NCBI GenBank assembly: GCA_016936395.1
Contig: JAFGXY010000042.1
Span: 13,001 to 77,000, forward strand
DNA length: 64,000 nucleotides
From: Paracoccaceae bacterium
Lineage (GTDB): Bacteria; Pseudomonadota; Alphaproteobacteria; Rhodobacterales; Rhodobacteraceae
Direction: 5' to 3'
The notes below the pieces were generated by a model. The model was given only the letters and a program-made list of their open reading frames with translations, was not told the origin of the DNA and searched no databases. Position numbers and translations under genes: made by a program. Positions 28,248-36,267 of this stretch are shown here, in pieces. Each line of letters begins with the position of its first letter. Positions within the stretch are counted from its first letter, which is position 1.

Positions 28248-28825
28248 AGGTATTGACGCTTCTTCTGGCTCTCGGCGGGGTTTTCCTCGCCGGGGGCGCC
28301 TTGGCCGAGGCCACGGGTGACCGCGCAGCAGGCAAGGAACTGGCCGGAAAATGCCGCACCTGCCATGGCCTTGAAGGCAAGGCGCGGATACCGATCGCGC
28401 CCCATATCGGCGGCGAGCCGGTCGACTACATCATCCATCAACTGACCGCCTTCCGCGACGGTCGCCGCGTTCATGAGATGATGTCGATTGTGGCAAGTTC
28501 GCTGACGGACCAGCAAATCCTTGATCTGGCGGCATGGTATTCGGGCCATCAGGTGTCGGTGGACCTGACCGCCGATCCGGCCAATGCCCCCGAGGCTTGC
28601 GTCGCCTGTCATGGGGCCGAAGGCTTGGCCAAGATCCCCGATGCCCCAAATCTTGCGGGCGAGTCCAACATCTACATCGACACGCAGTTGAAGGCATTCC
28701 GCACAGGCAAACGGGTGCATGAGATCATGTCGCCCATCGCGCAGGACTTGACCGATACCGACATTCGCAGCATTGCCGACTGGTATTCCGAGGTTTCGAT
28801 CGGCATAGAAATGCAGGAAAACTGA
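28244..28825 (+). CDS. dihaem cytochrome c4-type protein
   Basis: 193 aa with a signal peptide and two CxxCH motifs (CRTCH, CVACH), each followed by a Met-containing HEMM/HEIM segment. It overlaps the upstream gene by ATGA. Confidence 0.9.
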   Translation: MKVLTLLLALGGVFLAGGALAEATGDRAAGKELAGKCRTCHGLEGKARIPIAPHIGGEPVDYIIHQLTAFRDGRRVHEMMSIVASSLTDQQILDLAAWYSGHQVSVDLTADPANAPEACVACHGAEGLAKIPDAPNLAGESNIYIDTQLKAFRTGKRVHEIMSPIAQDLTDTDIRSIADWYSEVSIGIEMQEN

Positions 28826-28987
28826 CCCGTGGCCGTGATCTGATCACGCTGCAGGAACCAGTGCAGGCCCATAAACGCACCACAGTTTCTGGCCGTCCAT
28901 GCGGGTCTTGACCTCATGTGCGGCCAGCACGTTTGTTGCATCCGCCGGTCGCGGCGAACCGGCCGCCCGCTGCGCCCCGGTTCGTTG

Positions 28988-29932
28988 TCAAAGCGGGCGT
29001 TTGAGCCATTGCGCAAGAACCCCAATCAGCCCCTTGCGGAACAACAGCACGCCCAGCACGAAAATCACGCCTTGAATCACGGTGACCCAGGCACCGAAAG
29101 TGGCCAGATAGTTCTGCATGGTAACGACGATTGCCGCGCCGGCCAGCGGGCCAAAGATCGTGCCCATGCCGCCAAGAAGGGTCATCAGAACCACTTCGCC
29201 CGACATCGCCCAGTGCACGTCCGTCAGCGAGGCCAGTTGGAACACCTGGCTTTTCACCGCCCCCGCCAGCCCCGCAAAGGTGGCCGACAGCACAAAGACC
29301 ATCAGCTTGTAGCGATTGACGTCATAGCCAAGCGAGATCGCGCGTGGTTCATTCTCACGTATGGCTTTCAGCACCTGACCAAAGGGCGAATGGACGATGC
29401 GGTACAGGAACAGGATTCCAGAGAAGGTGATCGTCAGCACGAAGAAATATAGAGGGATGCTATCTTGCAGCGAGAAGACCCCGAACAGGTCACCGCGGGG
29501 CACGGACTGAAGGCCATCTTCACCGCCCGTGAACGGCAATTGCAGCGCAAGGAAATACACCATCTGCGCAAAGGCCAGCGTCACCATCGCGAAATAGATC
29601 CCCTGCCGACGGATCGCCAAAGACCCGATCACCAGACCCAGAAAGGCCGCAGCCGCGGTGCCGCACAGCACCGCCAGTTCCGGCGTCAACCCCCAGACCT
29701 TGGCGGCATGGGCGGCGACATAGCTTGCCCCGCCGAAATAGGCCGCATGACCAAAGGACAACAGCCCGCCAAAGCCCAGAAGCAGGTTGAAGGCGGCGGC
29801 GAACAGCGCAAAGCACATCACCTTCATCGCAAACACCGGATAGACGAAGAACGGCAGGATGATCAGAAAGGCCAGCAGCACGGCAAAGATCGCCAGGTGC
29901 AGCCTGGTCATGCCAGCGGTTTCCGGCACCAT
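28988..29932 (-). CDS. branched-chain amino acid-type ABC transporter permease (LivM-type)
   Basis: 314 aa, polytopic, with a GLLSFGHAAYFG motif. The start overlaps the upstream stop. Confidence 0.9.
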   Translation of the reverse strand: MVPETAGMTRLHLAIFAVLLAFLIILPFFVYPVFAMKVMCFALFAAAFNLLLGFGGLLSFGHAAYFGGASYVAAHAAKVWGLTPELAVLCGTAAAAFLGLVIGSLAIRRQGIYFAMVTLAFAQMVYFLALQLPFTGGEDGLQSVPRGDLFGVFSLQDSIPLYFFVLTITFSGILFLYRIVHSPFGQVLKAIRENEPRAISLGYDVNRYKLMVFVLSATFAGLAGAVKSQVFQLASLTDVHWAMSGEVVLMTLLGGMGTIFGPLAGAAIVVTMQNYLATFGAWVTVIQGVIFVLGVLLFRKGLIGVLAQWLKRPL

Positions 29933-30822
29933 CAGTTGGCCCTCCCGAACAGGCCTTCGGGCTTGACCAGCAAGACAATCGCCATGATGACAAAGATCAC
30001 CACCGCCGAGCCTTCGGGAAAGAACACCCGGGCCAACCCCTCGACCAGACCCAGAACGTATCCCGTCAGGATCGCCCCCAGGATCGACCCCATGCCGCCG
30101 ATGACGACGACGGCGAAGACAACGATGATCAAATCAGCCCCCATGTTGGGATTGACCGAATAGATCGGCGCCGCCAGCACCCCTGCAAACCCGGCCAAGG
30201 CCACGCCAGCGCCATAGGTCAACATGACCATCAGCGGCACGTTGATGCCAAAGGCGCCGACCAGAGTCGGATTTTCGGTGGCGGCGCGCAAATAGGCACC
30301 AAGACGGGTCTTTTCGATCAGGAACCAGGCCCCGAAACAGACCGCGGCCGAGGCGATGACGACCCACGCACGGTAGTTCGGCAGATACATGAACCCAAGG
30401 TTATAGCCACCCGCAAGCTCGGCCGGGATTTGATAGGGCAGGCCCGAAATGCCGTAATAGTTCCGAAACAGCCCCTGGATGATCAGCGCCAGTCCGAAGG
30501 TGAGCAGCAACCCATAAAGATGGTCCAGCTTGTAAAGCCGAGACAGAATCGTGCGTTCCAGCACGATGCCGAAGCCGCCAACGATTACCGGCGCAAGGAT
30601 CAGTGCCCACCAATAGCCGATGCCGAAGTAATTCAGCAGCATCCAGGCCACAAAGGCCCCCATCATGTAAAGTGCGCCATGGGCGAAGTTGATGATGTTC
30701 AGCAACCCGAAAATCACCGCCAACCCAAGCGACAGCACGGCGTAAAACGATCCGTTGATCAGCCCCAGCAGCAACTGTCCCAACAAGACCTGCGGCGGTA
30801 TTCCAAGAAGCTCGAACATCAT
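29932..30822 (-). CDS. branched-chain amino acid-type ABC transporter permease (LivH-type)
   Basis: 296 aa with LINGSFYAVLSLGLAVIFG and INFAHGALYMMGAF motifs. Confidence 0.9.
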   Translation of the reverse strand: MMFELLGIPPQVLLGQLLLGLINGSFYAVLSLGLAVIFGLLNIINFAHGALYMMGAFVAWMLLNYFGIGYWWALILAPVIVGGFGIVLERTILSRLYKLDHLYGLLLTFGLALIIQGLFRNYYGISGLPYQIPAELAGGYNLGFMYLPNYRAWVVIASAAVCFGAWFLIEKTRLGAYLRAATENPTLVGAFGINVPLMVMLTYGAGVALAGFAGVLAAPIYSVNPNMGADLIIVVFAVVVIGGMGSILGAILTGYVLGLVEGLARVFFPEGSAVVIFVIMAIVLLVKPEGLFGRAN

Positions 30823-30894
30823 GGCCTCGGTGGTTATGTGGCGAACCCGCCCCCGCGGCAGTTGCCGGGGGGACGGGCACGACGCGGCAATACC

Positions 30895-32094
30895 TTACTT
30901 CTTGGTAAAGTCGCACTCTGGCAGCATTGGCAGGAAGGCATCTTCCCCGCTGATCGTCGCGATCTGCTCATACAGATCCCATTCGCCGGTGGACTTGTCC
31001 GGCGATTTCACCTGAAACAGATACATGTTGTGGGTGGCGCGACCATCGCCGCGCACCTTGACCGTGCCGAAAAGCGGGTCTTCGATGTCAGCCTCCTTCA
31101 TCTTGGCAGCAACCGCCGCACCGTCCTTGGCGCTGCCCACCGCCTGAACCGCTGCCAGATAGGCCATGGTGCCGGAATAGACGCCGGCCTGCACCATCGT
31201 CGGCTGCTTGCCGTGGATGGCCATGAACCGCTCGGACCAGGCGCGTGTCTGGTCATTCTGGTCCCAGTAGAATGCCTCGGTCAGCGACAGGCCCTGCGCC
31301 GTCTGCGCCCCAAGCGCATGAACGTCGGTGACAAAGAACAACAAGGCGGCCAGCTTCTGCCCGGCCTGGGTGATGCCGAACTCTGATGCCTGCTTGATGG
31401 CGTTGACCGTGTCGCCCCCGGCATTGGCCAGACCGATCACATCAGCACCCGAGCCTTGCGCCTGCAGCAGGAAGGACGAGAAGTCCTGTGCCGGGAAGGG
31501 CACGTTGACAGTGCCAACAACTTCGCCGCCGCTCGCCTTGACGACTGCGGCAGTGTTCTCCTCCAGCGAATGACCAAAGGCATAGTCGGCGGTCAGGAAG
31601 AACCACTTCTTGCCGCCCGCGTTGGTCATCGACGCCCCGGTGCCGTTGGCAAGCGCCGCTGTGTCATAGGTCCAGTGGATGGTTGTGGGCTTGCACTGTT
31701 CGCGCGTCAGCGCGGTGGAACCGGCACCCGAGTTGATCAGCACGCCGTTCTTTTCGGCGGTGATGTCGGCCACGGCCAAAGCCACCGAAGACGTGGGCAC
31801 GTCAAGAATCGCGTTCACGCCATCGGCGTCATACCACTGGCGCGCGATGTTGCTGCCAATGTCGGGTTTGTTCTGGTGATCGGCCGAGATGATCGTGACG
31901 TTCAGGCCCTTGGCGGCGGCGTCAAAATCCTCGACCGCCATGCGCGCCGCCACCACCGAGCCTTCGCCCGAAAGGTCGGCATAAACGCCCGAGCGGTCGT
32001 TCAAGACGCCCAGCTTGACATCGATCCCCTGAGCCAGTGCTGTGGTCGCGGTCAGCGCGCCCAGCGTTGTGGCGACTGCAAGTGTTCTGATCAT
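30895..32094 (-). CDS. ABC transporter periplasmic substrate-binding protein (LivK/type-1 PBP family)
   Basis: Track ORF trimmed to MIRTLAVATTLGALTATTALAQG (signal peptide). A GGGAGGA RBS lies upstream. Confidence 0.88.
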   Translation of the reverse strand: MIRTLAVATTLGALTATTALAQGIDVKLGVLNDRSGVYADLSGEGSVVAARMAVEDFDAAAKGLNVTIISADHQNKPDIGSNIARQWYDADGVNAILDVPTSSVALAVADITAEKNGVLINSGAGSTALTREQCKPTTIHWTYDTAALANGTGASMTNAGGKKWFFLTADYAFGHSLEENTAAVVKASGGEVVGTVNVPFPAQDFSSFLLQAQGSGADVIGLANAGGDTVNAIKQASEFGITQAGQKLAALLFFVTDVHALGAQTAQGLSLTEAFYWDQNDQTRAWSERFMAIHGKQPTMVQAGVYSGTMAYLAAVQAVGSAKDGAAVAAKMKEADIEDPLFGTVKVRGDGRATHNMYLFQVKSPDKSTGEWDLYEQIATISGEDAFLPMLPECDFTKK

Positions 32095-32140
32095 GGTATT
32101 CCTCCCTGGAATTGACGCGTTTTGCGCCGGTTGGTTAGGT

Positions 32141-32860
32141 CTACACGCCCAGATAGGCGTGCAGCTTGTCGATATTTGCGTCGAGATCTGCATTGGGAAT
32201 CATGTCGATCACCCGGCCCTGATCCACGACATAGTGACGGTCTGCCACCGAAGCGGCGAAGCGAAAGTTCTGTTCCACCAGGACGATGGTAAATCCCTCT
32301 TTCTTCAACTGCTGGATGGTTCGTCCGATTTGCTGGACGATCACCGGGGCCAGGCCCTCGGTCGGCTCGTCCAGCAACAGGAACCGTGACCCGGTGCGCA
32401 GGATGCGGGCAATGGCCAGCATCTGCTGTTCACCGCCCGACAGTTTGGTGCCCTGGCTGCGACTGCGTTCCTTCAGGTTCGGGAACAGTTGGTAAATCCG
32501 GTCCACCGACAGGCCACCATCCTGAATGCGCGGTGGCAGCATCAGGTTCTCCTCAACCGAAAGCGAAGCGAAAATCCCGCGCTCTTCGGGGCATATGGCA
32601 ATGCCAAGACGGGCAATCTGGCGCGGCTGCAGGTTAACCGTTTCGACTCCGCCAAACCGCACCGATCCTGACCTTCGCGGCAGAATTCCCATGATGGCCA
32701 GAATGGTCGATGTCTTGCCCGCACCGTTGCGCCCCAACAGTGTGACGACCTCACCCTCGTTCACGTGGAAGTCGATACCGTGCAAGACGTGGCTTTCGCC
32801 ATACCAGCCTTGCAGGCCGGCAACGCTCAGCAACGGTGCGGGGGCGGCTGTATCACGCAT
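32141..32860 (-). CDS. ABC transporter ATP-binding protein (LivF-type)
   Basis: Trimmed to MRDTAAPAPLLSVAGLQ. It carries Walker A GRNGAGKTS, the signature LSGGEQQML and Walker B LLLDEP. It overlaps the upstream gene by 8 nt. Confidence 0.9.
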   Translation of the reverse strand: MRDTAAPAPLLSVAGLQGWYGESHVLHGIDFHVNEGEVVTLLGRNGAGKTSTILAIMGILPRRSGSVRFGGVETVNLQPRQIARLGIAICPEERGIFASLSVEENLMLPPRIQDGGLSVDRIYQLFPNLKERSRSQGTKLSGGEQQMLAIARILRTGSRFLLLDEPTEGLAPVIVQQIGRTIQQLKKEGFTIVLVEQNFRFAASVADRHYVVDQGRVIDMIPNADLDANIDKLHAYLGV

Positions 32861-33602
32861 GACCGGCTCCGATGTAGGCGTCGATGACTTGGGGGGATTT
32901 CGAGACCGTTTCGTAATCACCTTCGGCCAGAATTTCGCCGCGGGCCAGCACCGTTATGCGGTCGGACAGATTGGCCACAACCGACAGGTTGTGTTCCACC
33001 ATCAGGATGGTGCATTTCTTCGCCACCCGTCGGATCAGCGCCGAGATACGTTCCACATCCGCCTGTGTCATGCCGGCCATGGGTTCGTCCAGCAACAGCA
33101 TGGTGGGGTCCAGCGCAAGGGTCGCGGCGATCTCTAGTGCGCGCTTGCGTCCATAGGACAATTCGGCGGCACGATGATCGACAAATTCCGACAGGCCGAC
33201 CTCTGCGATGTGGTGGCGCGCCTCGTCGTCATAGCGGCGCAGAAAGGTTTCCGACCGCCAGAAATCATAGCTTTCACCACGCTTTCTTTGCAAGGCAACG
33301 CGGACGTTCTGCAACACGCTCAGTTCCGGGAACACCGCCGAAATCTGGAACGACCGCACCAGCCCCAGCCGCGCCACTTCGGCCGGAGCCATGCGCGTGA
33401 TGTCCCGACCATCGTAGATGATGGTGCCAGAGGTCGGTTGCAAAAACTTGGTCAGCAAATTGAAGCAGGTGGTTTTTCCCGCCCCGTTCGGTCCTATCAA
33501 CGCATGGATCGAGCCCTTTTCGACCCGCAGATCAACCTTGTTGACAGCGAAAAAACCCTTGAATTCCTTGGTCAGGCCACGAGCCTCAAGCACGATGGTC
33601 AT
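32853..33602 (-). CDS. ABC transporter ATP-binding protein (LivG-type)
   Basis: 249 aa with Walker A GPNGAGKTT, the signature LSYGRKRALE and Walker B LLLDEP. Confidence 0.92.
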   Translation of the reverse strand: MTIVLEARGLTKEFKGFFAVNKVDLRVEKGSIHALIGPNGAGKTTCFNLLTKFLQPTSGTIIYDGRDITRMAPAEVARLGLVRSFQISAVFPELSVLQNVRVALQRKRGESYDFWRSETFLRRYDDEARHHIAEVGLSEFVDHRAAELSYGRKRALEIAATLALDPTMLLLDEPMAGMTQADVERISALIRRVAKKCTILMVEHNLSVVANLSDRITVLARGEILAEGDYETVSKSPQVIDAYIGAGHA

Positions 33603-33991
33603 GTGTCATTCACCGCTTCAAAGCCTTCCGTACCGTGGGTTGAGTCAAAGCTGGTCAAGCGCGCAGGATACCCCTGTGCATGAACGTGCGGGATAATTTG
33701 ATGGGTGTCCAGTCATGTGGCATGCTTGACGCAACGTCTGCTTCATGTTGGGCGGCTTGGGCTGGCAGATGGCCATGGCCTTGCGGGCACCGCCAAAGGG
33801 CTGCCGCTTCCACGGCGGCAGGGTCGGCAAGGGAAACTGTCACGACAATGCCGCCGCTTTTTGTCGGCAAAACAGTCCACTGGACTGTTTTCTGTTTCAC
33901 CTCACCCTCTTCAAGACCATCAGGGCCGTGCTGATCTGGCGGCGCAACTGGCAAACCCGCCACAAGGCCGAAACCACCACTTTCCACAACA

Positions 33992-34018
33992 CCAACGGCT
34001 TTTGTAACGCGCCGTTGG
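33992..34018 (-). terminator. possible hairpin terminator after the esterase gene
   Basis: CCAACGGC-11 nt-GCCGTTGG is an 8-bp stem beginning 3 nt beyond the stop at 34021. The T/G-rich tail on the reverse strand is only weak. Confidence 0.35.
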
Positions 34019-34020
34019 CA

Positions 34021-35199
34021 TCAGGCTTGAGGAGGCAACACCCCTTGGCGATGCTGCAAGAAGAACCGCATCATTTCGCGCGATGCGGCAGGGCCCTTGG
34101 GGTCGGTAAAGCTGCCGCCGGGCATCCCGCCGGACCAGGCATGGCCCGCACCTTCGATCTCCCAATGTTCAACGACGCTGCGGTCAAAGGCGTCGAGGTG
34201 GCGGGTCTGACGGTATTTTCGCCCCATGCCCGACACCCCGGATCTGCGCACCGGCCTGAGACCGGGCGTGGCTTGCAAGGCCTGGGTCACGACAGCCTCG
34301 CCGTTTTTCGGGTGGACCGTCGTATCGTCCAGACCGTGGAAGACAATCGTCGGAACGGCGGTCTTCTGGACCGTGCCGGTTGATCCACTGCGCATGGCCG
34401 CAAAGGCCGAAGGAATATCGGTGGCGCCGCCCACGGGCAGGCCGGGATGCACCCCGACCGCGGCGAAAATCCGGGGATAGGCGGCCCCCATGATTGCGGC
34501 AGAGGCCCCACCCGCAGACAGACCCGCGACATAGACCCGGGCCGGATCAGCACAATGACTGCGCAAGATATCGGTCACGATGCCCGCAAGCAGGGCGGGT
34601 TCGCCGCGACCTTCTGCCTGATCCTCGGCCTGGAACCAATTCCAGCATTTGTTCACATTCGCGCTTGACGGCTGCTGGGGCCAGGCGACCAGACAACCAT
34701 ACTCTTCGGCCAGAGCATTCAGGCCGGTTCCGGTGGCGAAATCTTCCGGCGACTGGGTGCAGCCGTGCAACATCACGACCAACGGCATTGGCACATCCGC
34801 CCGGTGGCTGGCCGGAACATACAGCCGGTAATCCCGGATGCCATGCGCGCTGCGATGGCTGAGCGACAGGAACTGCGCACCCCGGGGCACGTCTGGCGGC
34901 GCGACGGACCCTGCGCTGCGCGCAAGCGCACGTTCAGCCAAGCCGCGCAGCGTGGCCCCCAACCCCATCCGGGCGGCGCGGGGCGCATTGGCTTCAACGG
35001 GTTGGGTGGGTTTGGCGGCGGGATCGTCGATGCGGGTAGCGGTGCCCTCGATGACATCGTCGGCATCGGCCATTGGCCGGGCCGCGGCTTCCGGCGCTGG
35101 CCGCAACAGGGATTGGATCAGCGCGGTCGCTTCTTTCAGATTGCCTGACTTTGTCAATTCGGTGGCTTTGGCCAATCCGCGGGCGAAGGGGGTGTTCAT
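34021..35199 (-). CDS. PHB depolymerase family esterase (LpqC-like)
   Basis: 392 aa. The alpha/beta-hydrolase half reads PLVVMLHGCTQSPEDF...CWNWF...VYVAGLSAGGA, with the nucleophile elbow GLSAG. Confidence 0.85.
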   Translation of the reverse strand: MNTPFARGLAKATELTKSGNLKEATALIQSLLRPAPEAAARPMADADDVIEGTATRIDDPAAKPTQPVEANAPRAARMGLGATLRGLAERALARSAGSVAPPDVPRGAQFLSLSHRSAHGIRDYRLYVPASHRADVPMPLVVMLHGCTQSPEDFATGTGLNALAEEYGCLVAWPQQPSSANVNKCWNWFQAEDQAEGRGEPALLAGIVTDILRSHCADPARVYVAGLSAGGASAAIMGAAYPRIFAAVGVHPGLPVGGATDIPSAFAAMRSGSTGTVQKTAVPTIVFHGLDDTTVHPKNGEAVVTQALQATPGLRPVRRSGVSGMGRKYRQTRHLDAFDRSVVEHWEIEGAGHAWSGGMPGGSFTDPKGPAASREMMRFFLQHRQGVLPPQA

Positions 35200-35220
35200 G
35201 GGGGCTCTCGGGTAAGGGAA

Positions 35221-35652
35221 TCAGGAAATGCGGTCTGCCAAAGCCGCCTTGACGGCATCGGGGGCCTTGAGCGTGCCCAGAACGGACAGGGCGGAAATCG
35301 TCTCGCGGGCCAGATCGGCGGGAACGTCCTGCGCAATGACGGCAAGGCCCAGAACCCGAATATCGAGCATCTGCCCCGCCGCTTGAACCTTCAGCAATTC
35401 CTCGCGCGTGATGTGGCGCAGGCCCAGTTCAACACTTTTGCGGATAACAATCTGCCGCACGGTTTCGGCGTGGCGCTCGATCTGGTTGCGAATGGCCGTG
35501 CGAATGAAATCGCTGCGGTTGGAGTAGAAACCTTCCCGCACCAACAGATCGATCTGGCCCAGATCGACGAAGCCAAGGTTGATGGTGATCTTTTCCGACT
35601 CTGGCGGCCTTGCTGGCGCAGGTAGTGCAGTTTTCGTCATCTTGGCATCCAT
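35221..35652 (-). CDS. CopG/ribbon-helix-helix family transcriptional regulator with C-terminal extension
   Basis: 143 aa with the RHH core KITINLGFVDLGQIDLLVREGFYSNRSDFIRTAIRNQIERH. An alternative start is the ATG at 35640. Confidence 0.8.
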   Translation of the reverse strand: MDAKMTKTALPAPARPPESEKITINLGFVDLGQIDLLVREGFYSNRSDFIRTAIRNQIERHAETVRQIVIRKSVELGLRHITREELLKVQAAGQMLDIRVLGLAVIAQDVPADLARETISALSVLGTLKAPDAVKAALADRIS

Positions 35653-35678
35653 ATACCATCCGTGTGGATGGTATATGG
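35649..35678. promoter_or_regulatory. 13-bp perfect inverted repeat (candidate RHH operator or start-codon-sequestering hairpin)
   Basis: CCATATACCATCC-gtgt-GGATGGTATATGG is AT-rich relative to its surroundings. It overlaps the first ATG (35652) of the CopG-like gene. Confidence 0.55.
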
Positions 35679-35952
35679 GGGGCTATCCCCCAAATGCAAG
35701 GGCCTTGCGACCGGTTTGGTCACAAGGCCGGAAGATGTCGGTGACCATGCCTGACGCTTGGCCCTGATCTGTGATGCGGACGCCATGCAGGGCGCGGCCA
35801 GGGAAGGCTGAAACCAGCAACAGCGCAACAGACCCTGCCGGGATTTTTGACCCGAAATCTGCCAAAAGGCCGTGTCCCGAACCGCAAACCGCTTTGTCAT
35901 GGGCAAAATGATCACCAGGCCGGGCCGCAACCACCTGAATTTGCTTTGAATG

Positions 35953-36029
35953 TGGTGATCCCGACAGGACTTGAACCTGTAACCTGCCCCTTAGGAGGGG
36001 GCTGCTCTATCCAGTTGAGCCACGGGACC
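35953..36029 (-). tRNA. tRNA-Arg (anticodon CCT)
   Basis: The reverse strand reads GGTCCCGTGGCTCAACTGGATAGAGCAGCCCCCTCCTAAGGGGCAGGTTACAGGTTCAAGTCCTGTCGGGATCACCA. It folds as a cloverleaf by hand: a 7-bp acceptor stem with one G-U pair, anticodon loop CTCCTAA, T-loop TTCAAGT and an encoded CCA. Confidence 0.93.
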
Positions 36030-36267
36030 CCCCTGCTTTATGGTGCAAAAGCGCACGCTGTTTCAAGACGGGTCTGGAAAAGAAATGTCACTGCGCTGTA
36101 TCGGCCCACGCTTGCCTGCAGCCCGTGCGCCACTGGCGACGATGCTTGGGTTGCCGGCCGCCTGATCGCCAGGTGGTGGCGGTCACGCCGAGCCGAAAAC
36201 GGGCTTGGACACAGCCGATGTTTGGCGCTAACAAGAACGGACACCCCGATGCAGAGGGCCGTTTCCC

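Noticed and set aside
28834-28848. 15-bp palindrome CGTGATC-T-GATCACG just after the cytochrome c4 stop, and a related GATCTGATCACG at 26907-26918 overlapping the GMC stop
   Set aside because: The sequences are short and built from the self-complementary GATC/TGATCA cores. The first copy is not a full palindrome, and two occurrences are insufficient to argue for function.
33645-34007. Short ORFs in the 418-bp gap (33645-33830(-), 33655-33987(-), 33680-33934(+), 33705-34007(+))
   Set aside because: They are mutually overlapping. Their translations are Arg/Pro/Gly/Cys-rich with no hydrophobic core pattern, RBS or recognisable motif.
35683-35934. 83-aa reverse-strand ORF (MVAARPGDHFAHDKAVCGSGHG...) next to the tRNA
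   Set aside because: Third-position G/C is about 58 percent by hand count, against the much stronger bias of confident genes. It has no RBS and no motif I recognise. It is kept only as part of the tRNA-flank finding.
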